DNA of 59,090 nt, filler included, from Circinaria calcarea (lineage: Eukaryota): the NCBI GenBank assembly GCA_051942165.1. It is 8 parts of 8 records of this genome, joined end to end, with 100 filler letters (N's around TTAATTAATTAA, not from the genome) between each part and the next. Parts side by side here need not be neighbours in the genome. Positions count along the whole stretch, not along the records: positions 29,648 to 36,945 come from JAVECS010001367.1; positions 37,046 to 44,340 come from JAVECS010001368.1; positions 44,441 to 51,716 come from JAVECS010001369.1; 5 more parts are not named here. The stretch is one strand, 5' to 3'. The position numbers and the translations under genes are program-made. The notes under the pieces are model-generated. The model searched no databases, was not told where the DNA came from, and saw only the letters and a program-made list of their open reading frames with translations. Numbering within the stretch: position 1 is the stretch's first letter; every line of letters begins with the position of its first letter. Positions 35,463-46,682 of this stretch are shown one piece after another.

Positions 35463-36945
35463 ATGGGTAGCAGTGTGTATGGTCATGGGTGATTTTGGGG
35501 ACTACATAGCTAATCCCTTGCTCGTTCTAGACATCGCAGCCCATGAGTGCGTTTCCGAGGATGCCCTCATTCACTTAAGGTCCTACAAATACTCAAGTGT
35601 GGACAAGTCCTTGATATCAAAGTATATCCTCAAACACTACGTATGGACCTCCCCAAAGTGTCCTCGCTCGGACAGGTGACTGAACCAGATTGCAGTGGAA
35701 TGGCTTCGTCAAATTACTCCCTCTATGGCTGGCGCCGAATATGGTCACCCTTCTTGGGTTTTTCTTCATCCTTGGAAATGTCATATGTCTGGAGATATTC
35801 ATGCCAGACCTAGTGGGGCCGGTACACGAATTGCTTCCCCAACCTTGCTTGAAGGGGAGGTATAGATCACGTATACTGAGATTTAGTAGGGGCCTCCTTG
35901 GCTGTACTTCAGTTTCGCCTTTGGATTATGGATGTAAGCGCATGTGGAGAACCTTTAGGTCAGGACTTGAAAGCTAATTGCCCTTTGACCCATAGGTACT
36001 CGACCATGGATAACGTGGATGGTAAGCAAGCTCGGAGAACCGGGCAATCAAGCGGGCTTGGGGAACTTTTTGAGTGCGGCAACATGAGGCCCTAAAGCTG
36101 TCTATCTACTAAACCATCTTCAGTCACGGTATCGACTCCCTGAATTGCACCCTCGCTAGCCTATGTGAGATGTCCTCGATGGGACTGGGTCCATCCAAGA
36201 AAGGAGTCTTTACCGCACTCGTGCCATGCCTGCCAATGTTCTTCTCTACGTGGGAGACGTATCACACGCATACGTTATATCTTGGTTACTTTAACGGGCC
36301 GACAGGTATGTTGTTAAATATCATATTTGCCGCAGATACTGACCTCACAGAGGGCTTGATACTCGCCTGCACCACCATGATTCTCTCGGGCATATACGGC
36401 CCGCACATCTGGACTGACAAAATCGCCGATTTTGCAGGGTACCCTGAAGTCTTTGGTGATTACTCCGTCATCGACATTTGGATACCGCTGCTCTTGTTTA
36501 CGTTCTTCGTCGCCCATCTTCCGGCATGTGTCAACAATGTGATCAAAGCTCGTAGAGCGCAGGGACTACCGTTAACACCAGTCTTCTATGAGTGGACACC
36601 AATGATCGTCTACACACTCTCTATTGGCGCGTGGCTATACTCGCCGTATTCAACCCTGATGCAGGAGAATCGGCTAGTCCTCTTCTGCCTCACAATGTCC
36701 TTTGTCTTTGGGCGTATGACTACGAAGATAATCCTAGCCCACCTTACCCACCAACCTTTTCCCTACTGGACTGTCATGCTCGTTCCGCTGGTCGGTGGAG
36801 CTGTCATTGTTAATCTGCCTTATCTCGGCCTGCCGGCAATGAGCATCAAAACGGAGCTATGGTACCTACGGGCGTACTTCGTTTTTGCTCTCGTTGTCTA
36901 CTTTCGATGGGCCCTCCTGGTCATCAACAGCATTTGCGCGTACCT
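35463..36945 (+). CDS. Choline/ethanolamine phosphotransferase (CDP-alcohol phosphatidyltransferase, Cpt1/Ept1-like), 3' end missing
   Basis: YKYSSVDKS, WLAPNMVTLLG, the CDP-alcohol motif [27 protein letters not shown] and STWETYHTHTLYLG. Six introns; first exon uncertain. Confidence 0.9.
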
Positions 36946-37045
36946 NNNNNNNNNNNNNNNNNNNNNNNNNNNNNNNNNNNNNNNNNNNNTTAATTAATTA
37001 ANNNNNNNNNNNNNNNNNNNNNNNNNNNNNNNNNNNNNNNNNNNN
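36946..37045. other. Artificial contig linker
   Basis: N44-TTAATTAATTAA-N44. Confidence 0.99.
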
Positions 37046-38857
37046 GAGACAAATATTAAACACAATTCTGGTTGGATTGAACATTAATGACAGATGGGGC
37101 CGGAACCTGTTGCTTCTCGCCCACAAGCATCTCAGAGAAGTATCGACCCAGATCACGATCATCTTCCAGCTCGCCAAGCCAACCTATAGACATACTGATC
37201 TGGGCGTGCAACCATCACAAAGCCCCTTTCCCGATCCACAACACATATTTTCTGTCTCCCCAAGGCCTTAATAGTATGACGTGTCTATAAACACCCTTTC
37301 AACCGGTCTCCGGATCGAAAGGATGCAAAACCTCTGGCGATGAAAGAAGCTTCGCCTCAGTTCTCGATGCAGAATGGATGGTGAGCATATCTATTAGAGA
37401 AGCTTACCTTACTCCCATCACCCTGTTCAGCAAAGCCTCTTGGCTTTAGCAATCACTGCAATAGCATCATAATCCATGGAGAAACCAGACGCAAAGATAA
37501 CGCCGGTCTCGAAGACTGGTTTGAACCCAGCCATAGAGATGCTAGCTTCCTCTCCGGCTTCCCTCGTTGGCTTACTGAAGAATAGTCGGGAGAAGCGTTG
37601 ATCAGATACGATCAGGTCTCGGGTGATAGGTCTTTGTTCCGACTGATGGGTTTTCAGACTCGAATCGCTTTATGGTTCGATTGACATAGGTAGCTATTTC
37701 GCGGCCTTAATCTTTTGAATTCTCCTGAGCGAATTCACGAAGATTTTAGATACGGGTGCTAGGTAGCCTGTCGGTCCTTGTAATTACTCCATCCTTGGGA
37801 ATCCTAGAAAAAGATGTCATTGCATTCCTTTCAGCACGCCATCCACACAAAACCACCGCATTTGAGAATCTCCAGACTTCTATACTGTAACCCATCGGCT
37901 TGACCATTGAGCACCTAGCTATCCCTCTTATCTAGGATGTTAATTTTGACCCTATAGCTGGTCGCCCAGTAGCTGCTATCAACTTGTAACTAGGTTTTAG
38001 CAGAGTATGTACTGAACGGCGCCGGGGACCTCGAGCAGATGGCAGGATGAAGCTGGCAACTGAGGCATCATGATACCAAAGGTAAGGTGTTGGATTCCTA
38101 GCGAAGTCAACCCGACATCAGCGGCCGCGAGCATGTCATCCGTCAACGCTCTGAGAGCAAGCAGCAGTGCAGGGATAAAGCGGCGTACTGTAAAGCATAC
38201 ACGATTTGTCACTGTTTCTTTACCGTCCAGCCGTATCGCCCTTCTTCGCCTGGGGGACAACCCTCTTCTGAGCCATGGCACAAGCCGTGGTTGGAGTAGG
38301 CTGTTCTAGCTTTCGGTGAGCACCATCTCACACTTACACTCTTACTCCTCAATGTATCGAATGGCTGACCAATCTTCCGACCCGAGTAGCCAATGGACTT
38401 TGGTATTACTGGAAAACATAGCGTGGACAGTGCCGAGATCTAAGATCTAAGATCTACTCAAACCCTTATGGTACTACCTGGCCTTGCTCATGCGAATTTA
38501 GCGCTCCCACGGCGGGTCTTCGTCACGTGCCGAAACTCTTTCCAAATGGTCGCTACCAACTGAAGCCGCGGATTGGCCATGGGAGGGATCCCTGTCAGCG
38601 GGAAGTCCCGCTTCATCTCATGAAGTAAATAAACTTGATCCTAGACACCCGCTCGTCTTGGCGTGACACTTTTCAGGACACTGACTTAATTCCCTTCCTT
38701 GATTGTTGTCGTCCATTCCTCATCGACTGCTACAAGTATTCAACTCTCCTATTCGGCCAGCACCAGTACATTGGAAGTCTGTGTCACTGGTGCCGTCTTT
38801 CTTTGACTCTACAGTCCCTTCCAAACGTAATCTATTCTGGCACCTCCTGGATACGAG

Positions 38858-40446
38858 ATGGCGATATTCCGTCACAGGGCTGCTGCCACGCCAGAGAACA
38901 CTGCGGTTACGAGCGTGGAGCCCAAGCAAAATCACCATGGGAACGGCGGAGGACACCAGCTGCCTAGATACAACCACAACGGCCACAAGGTAACCAAGGG
39001 CATACACCCCGACGGCGAGAGCGGAAGAAAAGGTATCCACCCCTGGCAGTTCTCGAAAATATGCTTCCGGAGCTCCTCTACGCCATCCAAGTTCGTCAAT
39101 ATCTTGTGGCCTTTCGTACCTGCCGCCATTGCCATACACTTTGCCCGTCCAGGAGCATACGAGTGGATATTTGCTCTCAACTACGTCGCCATTGTACCCG
39201 CTGCGAACTTGATTGGGTTTGCAAGGCAAGAGCTGGCTCGGAAGCTTCCAAATGTTTTCGGTAGGAGCTCCTGCGAAATAAAGGAGGAGGACTCTGCTAA
39301 TGTTTTGCAGGTGTGATCCTGGAGACCTTCCTTGCTAGTATCGTTGAGATTGTACTGTTTATGGTGCTCATCCACAACAATAATCCTTCCAACAACCGTC
39401 TAATTCCCGTCATCCAAGCTGCTATCATTGGGTCCATCCTCGCAAATCTTCTGTTATGTCTCGGCTTCTGCTTCTTTGTCGGTGGCCTTCGTAGGGAGAA
39501 GCAGGAGTTCGGAGGCGCCATCAGTGAAGTAGGAAGTGGGCTCGTTCTCGTGGCTGGATTTGGCCTCTCCATACCGTGTGCTTTCTCCCTCGCGATCGCA
39601 AGGACTGGAAGCCCCGAAACCCTTTCGGGGGAAGCACTCAGCAACGTTATCTTAAAGATCAGCCGAGCGACAGCGGTCATTCTACTGGCAGCCTTCCTGA
39701 TATATGTATGGTTTCAGCTGCGGACTCATCATAGTCTTCTAAGTGACGTACTTGAGCAAGACGTAGTGAAGGATGAAGACAGGCACCATGATCTGAAAAA
39801 GAACAAGCTCACATTGACAGAATGCGTTATTGCCCTCGCCATTGCGTTGGCGTGTGTCTCTTTGCACGCGGTCTTCTTGGTCCAGACCATCGAACACGTC
39901 GTGGAAAAGGGTCATGTAAGCGACATGTTCCTGGGTCTGATCCTTGTGCCGCTTGTCGAAAAACTAGCTGAGCATTTGACGGCAATCGATGAAGCATGGG
40001 ATAACCAGGTAAATCGTTATCAACCTTTCGTCTACGGGAGTTCTGATTGACTGTGTAGATGAATTTTGCTCTAGCCCATGTTCTTGGTGCAACGATCCAA
40101 ACAGCTCTTTTGAACTCTTCGCTGGTCGTTATTGTGGCCTGGGGCCTAGGCAAGAGCATGGTAATGAGGCCCATCCACTGGACGAAGCAACTCCGCTAAC
40201 GCTACCCAGGATCTGAACTTTCAACTCTTTCATGTTATCCTTCTGATTTTGGCGATCCTCGTTGTAGGAAATTTCCTGCGCGATGGAGAATCCAACTACC
40301 TTGAGGGTGCCCTGTGTATACTGGTTTACTTGATCATCGCCGTCGCTACTTATTACTACCCGAATGCGCAGAGCGCTACCTCACAGGAATCCGCTGCAGC
40401 TGGGAGCGAAGGCGTTGCTGCACTTGCTAGGATGATGACGGAGTGA
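38858..40446 (+). CDS. Ca2+(cation)/H+ exchanger, CAX/Vcx1 family, divergent fungal subtype
   Basis: Multi-TM protein with VIQAAIIGSILANLLLCLG, FLGLILVPLVEKLAEH and DGESNYLEG. Introns 39261-39310, 40009-40058 and 40161-40209. Confidence 0.9.
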
Positions 40447-41454
40447 AGATGTCCACCCCCAGAATCCTCGGAACGGAAACCTTGGGGGATCAATAGCACC
40501 AATCGGCATTTGCTGTCGTTTAGCGCTTGGCGTTGCAACTGTACAATACCCACTTCTTGAATGCATATGCGGTTAGTAGCTATATAGGGGCATTATTGAA
40601 TAACGAGACTCATGCTCCTTTGAAGGCTGGCACCTCACATGCTCTTCTGTAACGTTCGAGTGGTTAACATGTTGTATGGCAGGAGGTCTGTTCACTGAAC
40701 CACACTCCACCGGGGTAGGCTCTTTCTAAGTCTCGGTCCTGGACGCTCGTAAACATGGTGGGGTGTCGCCTCACGGTGTTATTCGCATCAATTGCATCAA
40801 ATCCGCAATAGGACGTTTCATTGCCATCCTAGGTCTGCTTCCCTCTGCGAGAGGCAATACATACCTTGCCCAAGTTTCTGGATTATTAGAATTCTTCCTC
40901 CCCCTACCTGGTTTCAATACCAGCTTTTCGCCGTTGAGACCGACAATACTGATGCGGTTCAATCAGCCAAACGAATCCCCTTGATTTCGCACTGGAACAG
41001 AATCCCGGAAGGGCAACATCTAATCTAGACTGCATAACCTAACCCATAATAACTTGAGCCAACAGTTACATTAGGCCGGGAGAAGACTTGGTTCAGCAGG
41101 GAATATGTTTTTGGTGCCATCTTGCCTGGTGCGCTCGAGAAGCTTCTCCTTGGGCGGGGACGCAAACAATTGAGTGTTGCGATCGACCCCTCCTCAGAGA
41201 ATGCTCGTAGCTACAAACCCTAAATAGGCGAAATTGAGACTCTTGGCACCAGGAATCGGTGTTTCCATCTTTGCCGACAATCGAGTAAGCAACACTCCCC
41301 CATCGAAATTGGAGCATCTTCTACTCATTGTACGGCACTCCTGCCTGACGCTGAAATACGCTATCATATTGTGTTTGAGAGTTCCCAAACACCGGGAGAC
41401 ATCTATTGTGACATCGTCCCAAGTGTCCAAACACTGCAAAGAGCAGCGGCAGAC

Positions 41455-43221
41455 ATGCGAATTACGCTGAGCGGGCATACATCAAGCATCACGCTGACCG
41501 CTGCGACCTTTACTCTCTATCTCAGTAGCTTACCTATCTCGAGCCAGTCATGGACGCCAATAGTGATTAAGAACGTGACCTACCTCGGACCGCAAAGTAC
41601 CCCGGACGTTACCAACGTATCTCGCGACGGTGGACACTCAGGGCTGATCAATGGAAATATCGTTTGGCTGTACGACGATACGGAGTGCATGGGCTATGCC
41701 GGCAATCAGCTCTCCTTCGTGTCCAACACAGCGGCATATGCCCACCAATCGAACCAGAACGAATCGATTGTCAAGGACTTTGGCGTCGTTATGGTAGGCA
41801 AAGATAAGTACGGCAGGAAAGAATACGCAATCCTTGCAGATAAGACGGTAGGTACCGGGGGTTGGATTCCCTTTGTGCAAGATGAACTCGACTTCAACAG
41901 ACAGAAGAACGGGGACGAGAGGGTGGCGATCTGTGAGGATGAACCATGAAAACGCACTGTACCAGGATTCAACTTGCTAAGTGTCACGTAATAGGGCCCG
42001 GAACTTCACCAACCCCAATCAGTATCACACAAGCTTTCATGTATGCGCCTCTTGTCTATGTCGACAGCAAACCTCAGGATCCTTCCAAACAGTACCAACC
42101 CCGCGGCATGACATTGGTGACCATCAAAGCTCCAACCACTGGGCCGGTTGCAACCCGTCAAGGTGATCTCACTATACCAGGGACAGAAGTCCCTTTTGGA
42201 GGGTTTGCAACGTTACTCGGATCCGCAAGCACAGAAACTGCAAACAACGATCCCGGCGATCGGGACGTCTATCTTGTTGGCATTGCGAGCGGTGGCCTTC
42301 AAGTCGCCCGTGTAGCGTTAAACGATGTGACAGCATACGCAAAGTACTCTTTCTTTGATCCACAGAGCCTCGAATTTACCAACTCGTCACCCGACTTGAA
42401 TATCACTGACTACCGGAAAATTTACTTGCCTGGCTCCTTTTCTTCTGGAATCATTTTCTACAGTGAGTACGTCTTCACAGCCTCATAAACGAAGACTGAA
42501 CAAACCAGGCCCATACTTCAGTACTTACATCATGGTCTATTTCAACGGACTTGTCGACTCAACTTTCTACATCCGCTATCTGGACATCGATCAGCCTGTC
42601 GGGAGCGACGCAGTGTGGGCCAAAGGGGGCAGGAACGGGAAAGGTATCCGACACGAGGATGCTGAGGCTCTCGTCAAGTACGCTTGGTCGCCTCAACAGC
42701 AACTGTATGTCTCGCCAACCGGCAAAGGCGGGTTCAACTACGCTGGCACAGCGCATCCAGAATACTTCAATCGACAGTATTTTGCGAACAGTCTATATCC
42801 GGACTGGACACCAGCTGCACAGCGACAGAACGACTGGTATGGCTCAAGTTTGGTCACAGAAACGGAATCGGGTGGCGACGGGCAACGTCTTATTTTAAGC
42901 TGGACTTCGCAAGTAAAGGGTGGTATGAACTCGGGTGTATACGAAATTTGCCTAGCGATGATAGAATTTGGCGAGATCAATCCGAAGCTCCAACCCAGCA
43001 CCACTTCGAGTGTGAGCACTGGTGCTACCACTCTCAGTCATTACAGCACTTCCTCTGGAAGACCGCAGCCATCCCAGACTTCAGGCAACATGGCTAGCGC
43101 GGCGGACACACTGCGTGCCTTTGTAGGATACGAGAGGCATCGGGAGTATGACTACTGGGCAGTTGTTTGCGAGCTTGGGCTCCTGGGCGGCCTCATCGGA
43201 GGGGCAGCGGTGGTCCTTTGA
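41455..43221 (+). CDS. Secreted/membrane-anchored hypothetical protein (DUF4185-like)
   Basis: N-terminal hydrophobic stretch, SRDGGHSGLINGNIVWLYDDT, two GT-AG introns joining ORFs 41371, 41946 and 42463, FNYAGTAHP, an S/T-rich linker and a hydrophobic C-terminus. Family assignment is tentative. Confidence 0.75.
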
Positions 43222-44340
43222 TTGAAGTATAAGGGGTTAAGTTTCCCTATGAATGAAAGGGACGAGGCCCTGTAGCATGGCGTTATTGCTTGAGACTGCG
43301 GCCTTTTCGCTGTGCTTTTCTGCTTGATACCCCCGGTCGCAGGACACGAATGCATTGTAGGCGTCGTCAATAATGAAAGGAAGGTCGGGCGACGCTCTGA
43401 AGTGCCGCCAAGGAGCTAGATAGCACTTGGCATTCCCAATTCCACCTTCGATGCTTTTACAAGATCTCGTCTGGTCTGGCCCTGCTCGCCATCATGAATA
43501 CGTATAGCAGCGTGTACTTACACAGTAGTGATCTTGACTGTTTGTCTATGCATCTAAATACTCCGTTTGACCGGGGGGCATGAGAGCGGCGTCGCCTTCA
43601 GTCCCTGTACCTGTACCTGTGGCTGGTGGGAGATGTCGAAACACCGCCGCCTGTGCCAAGCCCGAACATGAGGGTTGGGGGCGGGCGTCTATTTTCATCT
43701 CAGCTGGCCCAGGATCCATTCCTCCCCAGCTGTATCCTGCCACTCTCCACCCGTCCTCAAAGGTGGTTTCCCAAGCACCTGGGTTTGGCAGCACCTGCGC
43801 TCTCGGCGGCGAGTCATCACCAGCATAGCCTCATGGGGCTCTTGCGCCCGTGGTCGGTGCAGCGAGGAAGCCTCATCTGCAAAACCAAACTGGCCTGTTA
43901 TTGCCTACCGCGGTCCTTTAGCAGATTACGAATTACCGGGCGCCCTTAGCCATGTGTCCACTGCGGCAGCTTATGCAGAACTTTGCCCGGCTGTTTGAAT
44001 GGGCATCAACGGGGGACTACTGCACGAGAGGGCGTTGCTCTAGCCGTCGGAAAGCCTCAAAAGCTTCAATTACAGTAGGTTGACTGGGCACTGGCTGTTT
44101 CAAACTTGATGGATGAACAGGGCCGGTCACTTGAAACTCCGCAGCTCAGATGATCTCCCGCATTCACCGGTGAGGAGGAATAGAGTGCACTCACCGGTAC
44201 TCGAAAGACTCTTGTCACGTGCAGGTGTCTCAACACCGCTTCCACTTGATCTTTACCGCATACCTATGTATCCTATCTATTCGTTCGGATGACTCTTCTC
44301 TTCAGGCTACAAGGCTGCCTTCCCGTAACTGGGCTGGTCC

Positions 44341-44440
44341 NNNNNNNNNNNNNNNNNNNNNNNNNNNNNNNNNNNNNNNNNNNNTTAATTAATTAANNNN
44401 NNNNNNNNNNNNNNNNNNNNNNNNNNNNNNNNNNNNNNNN
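44341..44440. other. Artificial contig linker
   Basis: N44-TTAATTAATTAA-N44. Confidence 0.99.
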
Positions 44441-44822
44441 GGGTTGGAGGGAAAGGGAGAAGGGAGGACGGGGGACGTACTAGGCCGGAGGAAAAACCCA
44501 TGACTGGATTCAATGGGCTGGGGATGGGGAAAAGGGTCAATGGATTGATTGTAAGCTGTTACTGGTGCTTGAGGCCCTTCAGTTGATGCGGCGGATTGCA
44601 ATCGACTCAAGATCGCGCTAGTAGATAAACTTCAAGGCTTGACTCGTGTGGATTTTGAGCAAATCCATGCAGCAACTACTTCCTCTAACTTTACACATCA
44701 TCCTTTCCCTGCTAATTTCCTTTCAATTTTCATTGGCGTTGTACGATATTCTCAATCTATATAACTCAACTATACCATCCTCTCAGCTCTACCCAACCCC
44801 AACCTAGCTCCCCATCCAATCC

Positions 44823-45527
44823 ATGGCAGGTGCCGCCCTCAAATATAGGCATCTAGGCCGCAAGTCGTCTCATCGACAAGCTCTTCTACGAAACCTCGTC
44901 ACCTCTCTCTTCGAACACGAATCGATATCTACCACGTGGCCCAAGGCCAAAGAAGCGCAGCGATTGGCGGAGAAGCTGATTACTTTGGGGAAGCGGAATA
45001 CCGAAGCGAGTAGGAATAAGGCGCAGGCGATATTCTTTGTATGTTTTCCAAGGCATTGTCTAAGGATTAGGGAAGATTCTTTCGACTATGCAACACGGAT
45101 ACTGACCGCTCACCCCTTATTGTAGAAACCCATCGAGCTCCTTCCCAAACTCTTTACAGAATTACGAACCCGATATCTTACTCGGCCTGGCGGCTATACA
45201 CGCGTACTCCGTATCGAACCTCTAAAAGAAGATCAAGCACCCTCAGCGATACTAGAACTTGTCGATGGACCACGAGATATGCGGTTCGCAATGACCGCGA
45301 AGACGCTAGTAAAGGAGAGGGCAACAGAGGGGGGGGTACGGGAGCTGACAGCAAAGAATATAATAAAGGTAACGAGGTTTAGAGAGGGTGGTGAAGCGGA
45401 GCTGGAGAAGACGGTTAGGGCGCTGGAGGCTCGGGATAGCGACGAGAAGAGGAGGGAGCAGGGGGCGTTGAAGGCGAGGGTATATCCAACGACGTGGTAT
45501 CCTAGGCGGGGCAAAGGCCGGGAATAG
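44823..45527 (+). CDS. MRPL8: Mitochondrial large-subunit ribosomal protein bL17m
   Basis: RHLGRKSSHRQALLRNLVTSLFEHESISTTWPKAKEAQRLAEKLIT, intron 45039-45125, then RPGGYTRVLR..DQAPSAILELVD. Confidence 0.95.
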
Positions 45528-45806
45528 TTATATGCCTAAAGTCAAGTGATTGAAGAACAAAAGGCCAAAGCTGCTTATTTGAAAGGCTTAATGGGATCAG
45601 ATCGCGAAGCGAGACATGTCACATTTAGCTTATCTGATCTATGAGGCTGCTTGCTCCTTACAACCGGGCTTCTAACCGAACCGGAACGCCACGCTGAAGC
45701 GCAAAAGGTATGGAATAAGGTCGTCCTATCAATTGGTGAAGTGAACCGAGCTCTTCTCGTAGATTGCGGATCGTTGGAATACCGACGCCGATCAGGATCA
45801 CGATGA

Positions 45807-46430
45807 TCATAGAGGCTCTTCTTCCTCCCCCTCCTCCCTATCTTTCCTCTCGTCCTCCTCTTCTTCCCTTTCCCTGACGTGCACCCCTTCAACCAATTCC
45901 TCCCCTTGCAGTCCTACATCCTCTCCGCCTCCGTCTCCATTCCCATTTGAGTTCCTTGCCTCTGCCATCTGCTTCTTTCTTTGACCCTCTATCCTTTCCC
46001 TCACTAACCTCGCAATGGCATTATCCGTCTGCACATTCAGCCTCTCCATCTTCCGCTGCAAATCCCTCTTGAGGTCCCAATTCGGCTTCTTCGGTTGTAG
46101 TTTGAAGAGGTCGATTGGTTTCTCCGACTTTTCTTCCTCCTCGGCCTGCTTGTGTGTAGCTTCAGCGATTTCTAATGCCCGGTTTTCGAGCGTTTCTTGG
46201 TTTTCGCTGGGGGCGGTCTCGAAGCCGAGTTTGGGGCCTCGGGTTGAAGGGTCGTAATTGCGTCCGGAAAGATATGTAGTTGTCACAGTAGGGGCGTTGT
46301 CCTCCTGCGCTGTCTCGGAGGCGACTTCAGGGTCAGCATCAGGTTGTTTGCGCTTTAATGATTTGAGCTTTGCAAGGCGGGCTTTTCGTTCTGTTGCGGC
46401 CGCATCAAGTGAGGCGTGTGCGGAAGCCAT
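45807..46430 (-). CDS. CWF18: Pre-mRNA splicing factor Cwf18 (CCDC12 family)
   Basis: AATERKARLAKLKSLKRK, SGRNYDP and DLFKLQPKKPNWDLKRDL. Confidence 0.92.
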   Translation of the reverse strand: MASAHASLDAAATERKARLAKLKSLKRKQPDADPEVASETAQEDNAPTVTTTYLSGRNYDPSTRGPKLGFETAPSENQETLENRALEIAEATHKQAEEEEKSEKPIDLFKLQPKKPNWDLKRDLQRKMERLNVQTDNAIARLVRERIEGQRKKQMAEARNSNGNGDGGGEDVGLQGEELVEGVHVREREEEEDERKDREEGEEEEPL

Positions 46431-46682
46431 GCCTGAAGATTAGACTGACAGTGTGTGCACTATACTAGCTCTTCAGAAAGTTGTGTAGGTGGACAATCAG
46501 ATATTTGGGTCTCTACCTGTTGAAGCAAATCCTTGGGTTGCTTGGAGCTCTCAGAGCTCGGGCCATGCAGCCCTATGCTTCGGGGAAAAAAGAACCGTTT
46601 TATACGAACTAGAATACTCTGTACAGGGCATCGCGTTTTTCATGCGTCAACCGCAGTGGATCGATGAGCGTAAATCCCTTCC

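Noticed and set aside
37046..37620. Possible minus-strand remnant of a flavin amine oxidase (DYDAIAVI..GDRLKG)
   Set aside because: No intact GxGxxG and similarity is too weak to support without a search.
38436..38456. Short tandem repeats (AGATCTA)x3; also (GAAGGT)n near 29655-29687
   Set aside because: Ordinary microsatellite-scale repeats with no spacers; not a CRISPR array.
43546..43998. Overlapping GC-rich ORFs of 82-107 aa
   Set aside because: No recognisable domain and conflicting frames on both strands.
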